Assembly (NCBI GenBank): GCA_052426225.1
Contig: JBNJNM010000008.1
Location: 1 to 64,000, forward strand
Source of the DNA: Zancudomyces culisetae HAW-14-8
Lineage: Eukaryota > Fungi > Kickxellomycota
Direction of reading: 5' to 3'
Length of the DNA stretch: 64,000 nt
In this document: positions 1 through 10,800 of the stretch, piece by piece
How the letters are laid out: each line of letters begins with the position of its first letter
Position numbering within the stretch: position 1 is the first letter of the stretch
Notes under the pieces: generated by a model
What the model was told of the DNA's origin: nothing
Databases searched by the model: none
Seen by the model: the letters and a program-made list of their open reading frames with translations, nothing else
Translations under genes and position numbers: made by a program

Positions 1-1085
1 CCTAACCCTAACCCTAACCCTAACCCTAACCCTAACCCTAACCCTAACCCTAACCCTAACCCTAACCCTAACCCTAACCCTAACCCTAACCCTAACCCTA
101 ACCCTAACCCTAACCCTAACCCTAACCCTAACCCTAACCCTAACCCTAACCCTAACCCTAACCCTAACCCTAACCCTAACCCTAACCCTAACCCTAACCC
201 TAACCCTAACCCTAACCCTAACCCTAACCCTAACCCTAACCCTAACCCTAACCCTAACCCTAACCCTAACCCTAACCCTAACCCTAACCCTAACCCTAAC
301 CCTAACCCTAACCCTAACCCTAACCCTAACCCTAACCCTAACCCTAACCCTAACCCTAACCCTAACCCTAACCCTAACCCTAACCCTAACCCTAACCCTA
401 ACCCTAACCCTAACCCTAACCCTAACCCTAACCCTAACCCTAACCCTAACCCTAACCCTAACCCTAACCCTAACCCTAACCCTAACCCTAACCCTAACCC
501 TAACCCTAACCCTAACCCTAACCCTAACCCTAACCCTAACCCTAACCCTAACCCTAACCCTAACCCTAACCCTAACCCTAACCCTAACCCTAACCCTAAC
601 CCTAACCCTAACCCTAACCCTAACCCTAACCCTAACCCTAACCCTAACCCTAACCCTAACCCTAACCCTAACCCTAACCCTAACCCTAACCCTAACCCTA
701 ACCCTAACCCTAACCCTAACCCTAACCCTAACCCTAACCCTAACCCTAACCCTAACCCTAACCCTAACCCTAACCCTAACCCTAACCCTAACCCTAACCC
801 TAACCCTAACCCTAACCCTAACCCTAACCCTAACCCTAACCCTAACCCTAACCCTAACCCTAACCCTAACCCTAACCCTAACCCTAACCCTAACCCTAAC
901 CCTAACCCTAACCCTAACCCTAACCCTAACCCTAACCCTAACCCTAACCCTAACCCTAACCCTAACCCTAACCCTAACCCTAACCCTAACCCTAACCCTA
1001 ACCCTAACCCTAACCCTAACCCTAACCCTAACCCTAACCCTAACCCTAACCCTAACCCTAACCCTAACCCTAACCCTAACCCTAA
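1..1085. repeat. Telomeric repeat array (CCCTAA)n (= TTAGGG on minus strand); left chromosome end
   Basis: About 180 uninterrupted CCCTAA units from base 1. Confidence 0.99.
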
Positions 1086-1194
1086 CCCTATCCCTATCCC
1101 TATCCCTAACCCTATCCCTATCCCTATCCCTATCCCTATCCCTATCCCTATCCCTATCCCTATCCCTATCCCTATCCCTATCCCTATCCCTATC
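1086..1194. repeat. Proximal variant telomeric block (CCCTAT)n
   Basis: 17 CCCTAT units plus one CCCTAA (1104-1109), in register with the canonical array. Confidence 0.97.
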
Positions 1195-1606
1195 TGTCAT
1201 GAACTGATTCTAGAATGTTCGAAAACGTTCTAGATTCATCGGATTTTATTCCGCAGTAATGTTTAGAATGTTCCCCAACATTCTAGAACATTTCCGAACA
1301 TTCACATTATTTATTAATTTTTATTACGTAATAATTTTCACATGTTTAATTTTAATAGCATTCGAGTTTGAATTTTGTTTGATTACTAATCCAATTTGAT
1401 TAGTAATCAGACGCGTTTTTCTTTAGCTTGAATTTTTAGCTATTCCGCAGTTTTCATAGTGATTATGTTCAAAAACCAAGGCTGGAAAAAAGTATAAAAA
1501 GGGTACAATTTTCCTGTCTTGGATTCAGTATCTAGTATCTTGTATACATTCATACAATAAACTTTAATAATAATAAATATAACTCTCCTGACTCCAGATC
1601 TTGACA
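1195..1606 (+). repeat. 5' LTR of Gypsy family 1
   Basis: TGTCA...TGACA; TATAAAA at 1493-1499; 11 differences from the 3' LTR by eye. Confidence 0.97.
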
Positions 1607-1608
1607 CT

Positions 1609-1617
1609 ATACTAGAT
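1609..1617 (+). promoter_or_regulatory. Self-priming (Tf1/sushi-type) primer-binding site
   Basis: ATACTAGAT just 3' of the LTR is the reverse complement of ATCTAGTAT (1530-1538) inside the LTR, ~37 nt after the TATA box; no tRNA-type TGG PBS. Confidence 0.7.
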
Positions 1618-1666
1618 CAAAATATTATATTTATTATTTTCTGACACCAGCCTAAGTATTTAATCC

Positions 1667-2886
1667 ATGGAACCGTTTAGCCCAGAACAAGTTGAATTCC
1701 TCAACAAAGCCGCCGTGACCCTACCAGCAGTTAAAGACGCCCTCCAGCAACTACTAATAAGAGTAGAAAAAGCCGAGTCTGCCATCAAGGAACACCCTGC
1801 CACAGTATCCAAGAAAATTTATGACAAGGTCAAAGCAGACACCACCAAGTCCATCCAGACCATTCTTGACTCCATGAAAAACCTCCAGTCCGATATCCAG
1901 AATTCAGACCAGCTGACCCAAAGCGCCATACAGGCCAACCAGTTGGAAATCCAATCCCTTCAGGACCAGCTCAGTACCCTCAGGAACGAAGTCATACTTT
2001 ATATAACTGAAAACCGTGCCACCAAAGTTGCTAGTACTTCTGAACCTAGTATCAAAGTCAGACACCCAGACACATTTTCAGGAAAACCCTCCGCCTGTTC
2101 CAACTTCTTTTCACAGCTTGCTCTCGTCTTTGCCGCTTCACCCGATAAATTCAACACAGACTCAAGTAAAGTCTTGTATGCCATCTCCTACCTCTCAGGC
2201 ACACCATTCAGTTACATGGAACCTTACCTCATGAAAGCAAACCTTCCACAGTCTGATCGTCCTGCCATCCTCTCCAACTACAATCTGTTTAAAGAAACTA
2301 TCACTCGTGCCTTTGGTGATCCCAACCCTATTGAGAATGTGATAGGGCAATCCGCCAACTCCGCCAAACCACTTCCGTTGCCGCATATGCCACCGAGTTT
2401 AGACGCCTACAGATGTTAATTGACTGGAACCAACCACCTTTGATCTCACAGTTTCTATCCGGTCTCAAGTACAACGTATCCCAAGAACTCAACCGTAGAG
2501 AACCAATAGAAGACATCGATACCCTGATCTCTACAGCCATCCAGATCGACAACCGCCTCTTCAGCCATCCACTACGTCGTCAACCTCCAGTTAACCCCAC
2601 TGCAACTATGCCACCCAAACCCACTGCTTACAACCCGTTTGCTTCACCTGTTTCTGCACCATCTACCACTCCACCAGCTAATAGTGATGGACCTCAACCA
2701 ATGGATCTCAGTACCGCTTCATCGACTAGAAGACCACCACTTACTCCTGCTCAAAGGGCATACCGTATCGAAAACAACCTCTGTCTCTATTGTGGCGGTA
2801 ATGACCATTTCAACATCAACTGTCCAAAGAAACGTCACAACATCTCCAGCATTACACCAATACAGGAAAACGACACCGCCCAGTAG
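1667..2886 (+). CDS. gag: Gag of Gypsy family 1, split by an apparent 1-nt frameshift near 2335
   Basis: Frame of 1667 has the PDTFSG..FFSQL..KVLYAISYLSG capsid-type motif; the -1 frame continues ECDRAIRQLRQTTSVAAYATEFRRL..W and ends in CLYCGGNDHFNINC zinc knuckle. Confidence 0.9.
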
Positions 2887-2924
2887 ACAGTAAGGGACAC
2901 CTATTGGGCAACTTAGCCAGTCCC
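2865..2924 (+). promoter_or_regulatory. Candidate -1 ribosomal frameshift signal (gag/pol)
   Basis: G_GAA_AAC (2865-2871), 6-nt spacer, stem GCCCAGTAG(2878-2886)/CTATTGGGC(2901-2909), loop GGGAC pairs with GTCCC(2920-2924); pol is in the -1 frame and open across the site. Confidence 0.8.
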
Positions 2925-5900
2925 CACGCCACTGTAACCACTCCTGTTTCTGACACCCAATCTCCTGATAAACCAAACACCTTGACCATTCCTGTAACCA
3001 TCTTGTCCAAGCACCACCACATCAAAACCTACGCTATGGTTGATTCTGGTGCTTCGTCCTCGTTCATTGACGCCACCTTTGCTCTAAAAAACAATCTACC
3101 ATCTATATCTAGAAAAATGACAATCACGCTCGCTGACGGATCAAAGCTTAGATCCAACTCTGCCTCCCAAGTAACACTAAAAATCAACGATAACCATCTC
3201 GAAAGTATCTATCTGCAACAACTAGATCTTGGATCTTCACCAATCATCCTTGGTCTTTCCTGGCTTCAACAACACAATCCTGACATCAACTGGACTGAAA
3301 ACGTAGTCCATCTGCCGTGTACCTTGTCTTCTTGTGGGCCCAACCATGTCAACCTAGACATCTCTCTTGTGGGCTCAAACCAGTTTAAAGAACATCTGAA
3401 GGCACCAGACACTGTCTATGCTGGTGCAATTACCGTGAACAATCTTGAATCTCTTGTAGCTCCTAAATCTTGTGAAAATCTCTGTCTTGTCTCTGAATCT
3501 TCTCTTAAAAACCCTGTTACTCCTGTAATCCCTGAAAAGTATAAAATGTTTGAATCTGTCTTCTCTGAATCCCAATCTGCCAAACTGCCTGAACATCGTC
3601 CATATGATCATACCATTCCTTTGCTTCCTGACTCAAAGATACCATATGGCCCATTGTACAACCTCTCCCAATTGGAACTAAAGACCCTGTACGACTACAT
3701 TCAGGAAAACCTAGCCAATGGTTTTATCCAACGCTCTGAATCCCCGGCTGGGGCTCCCGTCCTATTTGTAAAAAAGAAAGATGGTAGTCTCCGGTTGTGC
3801 GTCGACTATAGAGCCCTGAATAAGATCACTGTCCCCAACCGTGCAGCCTTGCCACTCATCTCTGAAACCTTGGATCGGCTTGGCAAAGCCAAGATATTCA
3901 CCAAGCTGGATATGAAATCCGCATACCACATGATCAGGATCTCGCCTGGTGAAGAATGGAAGACCGCGTTTCGTACACGCTACGGCCACTTCGAGTATAA
4001 GGTCATGCCGTTTGGCCTTATGAATGCTCCAGCCACGTTCCAGTCCTTTGTTAACGATCTCTTCCGTGAATACATTGATCAATTCCTTGTTGTGTACATC
4101 GATGATCTGTTAATCTACTCAGATGATATCGATAAGCACTATAACCACGTCTGCCTTGTCTTGAAGAAACTTCAGGAACACAATCTCACCCTCAAGCTAG
4201 AGAAATGTGAGTTTGATGTACAATCAGTACAGTTCCTCGGTTTTGTAATTGGCCCCAACGGAATCTCTATGGATCCATCAAAAGTATCCAGCGTCACCGA
4301 ATGGAAGACACCAACTTGTGTCCGTGACGTTCAGGTATTCCTTGGCCTTACAAACTTCTACCGCCGTTTTATTCTGAACTACTCCAAGATATCTCTGCCA
4401 CTTACCGCCTTGTTGAAAAAAGGTGTTCAATTCCAGTGGACACCCAAAGCTGAAGAAGCTTTCGCCTTGCTAAAAGAAACCATGATCAGTAACCCAGTCT
4501 TAGCTCACTACAATCCTGACCAGCCTTGTATCATCGAAACCGATGCATCAGATTTTGCATTAGGTGCCATTTGCAGCCAGTATGACAACGAGGGACAACT
4601 CCACCCTGTTGCATACTACTCCCGGAAACTCCTGCCTGCTGAAGTGAATTATCAAATCTATGATAAGGAACTGTTAGCAATTATCGACGCTTTTGCTCAC
4701 TGGCGTCACTACCTTGAATTTTCTGTACACCCAACCGTTGTTATGACCGACCATAAAAACTTGGAATACTTCTCCACTACCAGAAATCTTAGTCGCCGCC
4801 AAGTCAGATGGTCAGAATACCTCAGTAACTTCAACTTTGTCATCAAGTACCGCCCTGGAAAACAGAACACTGCCGCCGATGCTCTTTCTCGGAAAGACCA
4901 ACCTTGGAAGGGGGGTGACTCCCGTACTGACCAAAACAAAATAACTTTGCTGCCTCCTGAAATCTTCTTGAAGTCCATGACTAGTACACCTGTTGAACCT
5001 TTGTCCTCCACGCTCATGAACAACATCAAGTCACTACAACCCAAAGACACGTACTTTGGACCCATTTACACTGACTTATCCAAGAAACCTGATTCCCATG
5101 AAAAGTTCGCTCTTGTTGACAATCTTCTGCACTATGATGGACTAATCTGTATCCCCTCAGACGACAACATCAAAAGAACAATTCTGATTGAATGCCATGA
5201 TTCCCCTGCTGCCGGCCACTTTGGAAATGCAAAGACATACGAACTTGTATCTCGCAACTTTTACTGGCCAACCATGAGAAAATATATCAAAGACTACATC
5301 TCTGGTTGCGATACCTGTCAACGCAACAAATCCTCTCGCCATAAACCATATGGCTACCTCGCTCCACTTCCCGTTCCTGATTCACCTTGGTCATCTGTTT
5401 CTGTCGACTTCATCACTCAGCTACCTCCATCCAATAACTTTACTGCAATCTGTGTATTTGTGGATCGCCTTACCAAGATGGCGCATTTTGTTCCCACAAC
5501 CAATGAAATTGATGCTGAAGGTACTGCAGATCTGTTTATCCAACATGTCTTCTGCAAACATGGACTCCCTAAAGACATCGTATCAGATAGAGGTGTAACC
5601 TTCAATTCATCATTCATGCGTACTCTAATGAAATCACTGAATATTGAACAGAAAATGTCCACCGCATTCCATCCTCAGACAGATGGACAAACTGAACGCG
5701 TAAACTCAGTATTGGAACAGTATCTCAGGTGCTACATTGATTACCAACAAACTGATTGGTCAAAGTGGTTACCAATTGCTGAATTCGCCTACAACAACAC
5801 ATCTCATGCTTCTACTAAAACCACACCTTTCTACGCCAACTATGGCTTCCATCCACGCTTCTCAGTCATAATCCCTCGTACTCAAGTTTTAAATCCTGCC

Positions 5901-6482
5901 TCCTCTGATAGATCCAAACGACTATCTGATATCCACCAAGAACTGAAGTTTAACATCACCCTTGCCCTTGAAGACCATGAGAAATACTACAACCGAAAAG
6001 TATCATCACAACCTGACTTCAACATTGGTGATCTTGTCTATCTCTCAACTAAAAACATCAGGACTCAAAGACCAAGCAAGAAGCTTGACTATCGGAAACT
6101 TGGTCCATTCAAAGTATTGGAAAAGATTGGACAAAGATCATACAAACTTCAGCTACCACACACAATGAAGATTCACCCAGTATTCCACGTCAATCTCCTT
6201 GAACCTTGTAAACCAGATCTGATCCCAGACAGACTATCAAAACCGCTTCCACCTGTGATCATTGATGGTCAAGAAGAATATGAAGTTGAGAAAATCCTAG
6301 ACAGTAAAATATTTGGTAGAACTGTCAAATACCTGGTACACTGGAAAGGATACCCAGACACTGAACGTACCTGGCAAACATATTCTGACTTAGCAAATGC
6401 AAAATATCTTGTCACTGAAGTCCATCGTCACCATCCTGAAAAACCAAAGCCACCACAAATGCTTCACGGAGCTCAGCCTTAA
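2904..6482 (+). CDS. pol: Pol polyprotein (protease, RT, RNase H, integrase, chromodomain); probably expressed as Gag-Pol from ~2870
   Basis: AMVDSGAS protease, LCVDYRALN and YIDD RT, ETDASD/DALSR RNase H, HHCC plus DDE integrase ([14 protein letters not shown]), GPF motif, EYEVEKILD..YLVHWKGY chromodomain. Confidence 0.98.
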   Translation: MGNLASPHATVTTPVSDTQSPDKPNTLTIPVTILSKHHHIKTYAMVDSGASSSFIDATFALKNNLPSISRKMTITLADGSKLRSNSASQVTLKINDNHLESIYLQQLDLGSSPIILGLSWLQQHNPDINWTENVVHLPCTLSSCGPNHVNLDISLVGSNQFKEHLKAPDTVYAGAITVNNLESLVAPKSCENLCLVSESSLKNPVTPVIPEKYKMFESVFSESQSAKLPEHRPYDHTIPLLPDSKIPYGPLYNLSQLELKTLYDYIQENLANGFIQRSESPAGAPVLFVKKKDGSLRLCVDYRALNKITVPNRAALPLISETLDRLGKAKIFTKLDMKSAYHMIRISPGEEWKTAFRTRYGHFEYKVMPFGLMNAPATFQSFVNDLFREYIDQFLVVYIDDLLIYSDDIDKHYNHVCLVLKKLQEHNLTLKLEKCEFDVQSVQFLGFVIGPNGISMDPSKVSSVTEWKTPTCVRDVQVFLGLTNFYRRFILNYSKISLPLTALLKKGVQFQWTPKAEEAFALLKETMISNPVLAHYNPDQPCIIETDASDFALGAICSQYDNEGQLHPVAYYSRKLLPAEVNYQIYDKELLAIIDAFAHWRHYLEFSVHPTVVMTDHKNLEYFSTTRNLSRRQVRWSEYLSNFNFVIKYRPGKQNTAADALSRKDQPWKGGDSRTDQNKITLLPPEIFLKSMTSTPVEPLSSTLMNNIKSLQPKDTYFGPIYTDLSKKPDSHEKFALVDNLLHYDGLICIPSDDNIKRTILIECHDSPAAGHFGNAKTYELVSRNFYWPTMRKYIKDYISGCDTCQRNKSSRHKPYGYLAPLPVPDSPWSSVSVDFITQLPPSNNFTAICVFVDRLTKMAHFVPTTNEIDAEGTADLFIQHVFCKHGLPKDIVSDRGVTFNSSFMRTLMKSLNIEQKMSTAFHPQTDGQTERVNSVLEQYLRCYIDYQQTDWSKWLPIAEFAYNNTSHASTKTTPFYANYGFHPRFSVIIPRTQVLNPASSDRSKRLSDIHQELKFNITLALEDHEKYYNRKVSSQPDFNIGDLVYLSTKNIRTQRPSKKLDYRKLGPFKVLEKIGQRSYKLQLPHTMKIHPVFHVNLLEPCKPDLIPDRLSKPLPPVIIDGQEEYEVEKILDSKIFGRTVKYLVHWKGYPDTERTWQTYSDLANAKYLVTEVHRHHPEKPKPPQMLHGAQP

Positions 6483-6491
6483 GAGGGGAGG
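6481..6491 (+). promoter_or_regulatory. Polypurine tract
   Basis: AAGAGGGGAGG three bases before the 3' LTR. Confidence 0.9.
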
Positions 6492-6494
6492 TCG

Positions 6495-6906
6495 TGTCAT
6501 GAACTGATTCTAGCATGTTCGAAAACGTTCTAGAATCATCTGATTTTATTCCGCAGTAATGTTTAGAATGTTGGGAAACATTCTAGAACATTTCCGAACA
6601 TTCACATTATTTATTAATTTTTATTACGTAATAATTTTCACATGTTTAATTTTAATAGCATTCGAGTTTGAATTTTGTTTGATTACTAATCCAATTTGAT
6701 TAGTAATCAAACACGTTTTTCTTTAGCTTGAATTTTTAGCTATTCCGCAGTTTTTATAGTGATTATGTTCAAAAACCAAGGCTGGAAAAAAGTATAAAAA
6801 GGGTACAAATTTCCTGTCTTGGATTCAGTATCTAGTATCTTGTATACATTCATACAATAAACTTTAATAATAATAAATATAACTCTCCTGACTCCAGATC
6901 TTGACA
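6495..6906 (+). repeat. 3' LTR of Gypsy family 1
   Basis: Direct repeat of 1195-1606. Confidence 0.97.
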
Positions 6907-7033
6907 CTAACACACATAAATTCATTGCAGTTAAAAACAGTAACGCTCCTGGAACTCAAAAGCTAGCTAAAATCATTGAAGCTCACTGTTTTACGATAAT
7001 TAAAAAAGCCACCAATGAAAAAATCCAACAGAT
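6907..7033 (+). pseudogene. Probable 5' fragment of the Penelope-like element ORF
   Basis: Stop-free frame (NTHKFIAVKNSNAPGTQKLAKIIEAHCFTIIKKATNEKIQ) that joins in frame to 18757 onward if the Gypsy-2 block and a 5-bp duplication are removed; same A/C-rich composition. Confidence 0.5.
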
Positions 7034-7364
7034 TGTCATAAACTAATATTAAACAGTTTCAATTTAAATCAACAAACAATATCAAACATGATTTGGATGA
7101 ATCTGTAATATGATTTTAAACATGTTAATAATGAAACTAGCACAAAACACAACTTTAGTTTAAATAGTTCATTAATATTAACTACTTTCTATTTATCCAA
7201 CATTTTAGTCTTTAATACTAAATAGATATAATACAAACAAAAAGTTTTAATAGCATTCTTTATTCATTCAGAAAAACTTATCTGACATCTAGTGTCAACA
7301 ATAAATATATTGTATAGTAGTACTTAATAATCACCAAATTACACCAAAATTATAAGTTCATAGA
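7034..7364 (+). repeat. Gypsy-2 LTR 1
   Basis: Starts TGTCATAAACTAATATT; 3' end decayed, so end coordinate is approximate. Confidence 0.88.
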
Positions 7365-7872
7365 GTTTGTCAGATCAATATATATTAACTACTACTATCA
7401 TGTCAGTGAATAATTACGAAGACCTTGATGCACTATTAACAATGACTGTAAGTCATTTTAATGAATTACATAAAATGGCAACTGTCACGACTTGACACTA
7501 AGTACTATTTGTATTAACTATGACTATGATTTATTTAATAAATTATCTATGAGATGAATAGTTTTATATTGCTAAAGTTTCCTAAACCAATAAATCATTG
7601 TCCTTGTATAGTTTTACAATATATAAAAATAATTGTAAAACATAATAATTATTATACTTAAACTATAACTTAAAAAAAAATAATATTAACAGTCAACTCC
7701 ACAGTTAACATTTAATAATATGGGGTAAAACCAATTTATTATTAATTATTAATTCTTACTCCATATAAAATAATTTATGGTGTAAGTATTAAAGCGGAAA
7801 AATTGTTAATAAATTTAACATTTACTATTTTTAATAACATATTAAAAATAGCAATAATGTCATGAATGGATC

Positions 7873-10800
7873 ATGATAGCAACCCAACTAGACGATCTTC
7901 AGCTCCGTTAAATATGTTGAGAAATAATCAAGCAAACGAGTTACCAGTGGCTAGAGAACCAAGATTAGCAGATCCTGAATACTTTAGTGGCGATAGAGAT
8001 CAACTAAGAAACTTTGTAGCACAAGTCCAACTAGTCATACAAGCTCAACCCTCTAGATTTTCAACAGATACTCAGAAAGTCATTTTTGCTTCTACTTTCC
8101 TTCGTGGTCCTGCTTTCTCGTGGTTACAACCGTTTCTAGAATCTAATGATCATGAACCAATTCTGGAAAAATTTGACATTTTCATAAACGAACTTTATCT
8201 GTTTTCGGAAATCCACACTAATCTTCGACAGCTGAACGTCAACTCAGAAAACTTCGCCAGTTGGGATCCGCAGCCACCTATGCTACTGAATTTCGTCGTA
8301 TTTCGACACTTATGTCTTGGAATGACGCAGCACTCTGTAGCCAATTTTTTGAAGGTTTAAAGAAATAATTAAGGATTTATTAACATGTTTTGATAGACCA
8401 GACATATGTTCAGAAACTATTGACCTCGCTATAATAACTGACAACAGACTATTTGAAAGAAATCTTGAAATAACGTTTCGTCCTCGCCCAATGCATATTC
8501 AAAATTTGGATAACTCTACACCATCAAAAAACAATTTAATAGTAATAACACAGCCTCGGGTGCAACAAATGGAAATTGACGGAGCTTTATCTCATCGCCC
8601 ACCACTCACTCAGACTGAAAAACAACGCCGCCGCGACCTTAATCTTTGTCTATACTGTGGTAATCCTGATCATGAATTATCATCTTGTCCTCGTCGCCCG
8701 CAAATAAAGGTACCAAATACTATATCTGCAAGCATTATTAAGGAAAACAATTAAGCTCAAGACAATTTTCGGATGTAGTCTTGAGCGTATCTAATTATTA
8801 TAAACCGTCCACTTCAATCAAAATTTTTACCCTTTAATTATTGCAGCTAATGAAACATCCGGAAGTTTATATCAAGCTAAATTAAATCTACCTTTACAAT
8901 TTAACAATAAAATAAACACTACTGAAATAACCAATCTAACACCTATATTAAATGTAAAAGATTCATTCTACTAATCCAACTATAACTCTGAAAATAAACC
9001 TGAAACCAAATCTGAAGTCAAACCTGAACTTAATACTGAAATCAAACCTGAACTTAAACCTGAACTTAAACCTGTAACCATATCTTAACGTATAATTAAA
9101 AATAATCCCGTATTTCACTCAAAACCGGAACTTAAGCCTGAATTTAAGCCTGTATCTATACCTGACTGCAACTTTTAAATTTATTCCACAATCAATTAGA
9201 ATCTTGACCTGGAACATTTAAATATGTCAACAAATAAAGTTAACTCTCACCTTATAGTATGAGTATCCCTTCGGGTAAACAATAACCCGATAAAAACCGT
9301 TGCCATGATTGATTCGGGTGCAACTAATTGCTTCATTGATTACTTTTGCCAATACTAATAACATTCCATTAGTATTAAAAAAATTACCAATTCCGCTACT
9401 AGTAATTGACGGAAGATTAATTTCGTCAGGCTCCATAACACACAATACAAACCAATTCAACTTAACACCTATAATCATCACGAAACTATATCTTTTGATG
9501 TAACCAAATTGTGAAAATACCCTGTAATTATTGGAATAAACTGGCTGAGAACCCATAAACCACACATAGAGTGGAATTTAGATAAGTTGTATTTCATATC
9601 TGAATATTGCCAAAATAATTGAAGTATTCAGCAAAACCATTGTTCTACACACACAATAACTTGCACATTAATTCCAGAAAAATCAGAAATACTCCTATAC
9701 CATCGGAATATGCTGAATTTAATGATGTATTCGACGAAAAAGCAGCTAATAATTAACCACCTCATCGTACATATGATCATAAAATTCCGTTAACACCAGG
9801 CTCACAACCACCATTTGGACCAATTTAATCACTATCTGAAACAGAACTCGCAGCACTTTGTATATATTTGAAAGAAAATTTAGATAAAGGTTTTATATAT
9901 CCTTCATCATCTCCTGCTGGCTTTCCTATACTTTTTGTAAAAAAGAAAGTTGGATCTTTAAGATAATGCGTTGATTATAGAGGATTAAATAACTTGAAAA
10001 TTAAAAGCAGGTATCTCTTACCTATAATTGGAGTGTTACACGACAGATTCAGACAAGCGATAATATTTTCTAAAATCGATTGAAGAGGCGCTAATAATTT
10101 AATAAGAATAGCTAAGGGAGAAGAATGGAATAATGCATTCCGTACGAGATACGGTCACTATGAATATAGAGATATGCCATTCGGACTCTGCAATGCTCCA
10201 GCATCGTTTAATATTTCATGAATGATGTATTAACTGACTGCTTAGATAGATTTGCAGTAGTATATTTATATGATATACTGGTATATAGTACAATTAGAAT
10301 ACCATATTAAGCATGTAAAAGAGATATTAAGAAGACTCCGAAATAATTCACTATATGCTAAACTGGAAAAATGTCGATTTCACAAAACAGAAGTCGAATT
10401 CTTAGGATAATTGTTTCCGATAAAGGGGTAAGTATGGATATAACAAAGACAATAGCTGTAAGTGCATGGCCTGCACCAACCTCAATAATAGTAATTCAAA
10501 CGTTCCTTGGTTTAGCAAATTTCTATAGAAAATTTATAATGAATTTTTCAAAGATTGTGACACCTATAACAAAATTGTAACAAAAAAATGAATTATGGTA
10601 CTGGACCACTGAAGCACAAAACTCTTTCGATCAATTAAAAAAAGCATTTACAACTGCACCTATTTTAAAATATTTTGATTTGAATAAATCAATTACTATC
10701 GAAACTGAAGCATCAGAATTCGCAATTGGAGGAGTTATATCACAACGCAACGATAATAACAATTTACATCCTATAGCATATTATTTCAGAAAGTTACAAC

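Larger units (their letters stand above)
1195..6906 (+). mobile_element. Ty3/Gypsy chromovirus LTR retrotransposon (family 1), full length
   Basis: Two 412-bp TGTCA..TGACA LTRs 5300 bp apart, gag with CCHC knuckle, intact PR-RT-RH-IN-chromodomain pol, PPT; flanks CTATC / CTAAC. Confidence 0.98.

Noticed and set aside
1999-6925. Short antisense and alternate-frame ORFs over Gypsy-1
   Set aside because: Shadows of gag/pol or LTR sequence; no motifs.
7483-7497. Mini TGTCA-CGACT-TGACA inverted repeat in the Gypsy-2 leader (also ~13270)
   Set aside because: Only 15 bp, no TSD, present in both copies as part of the leader.
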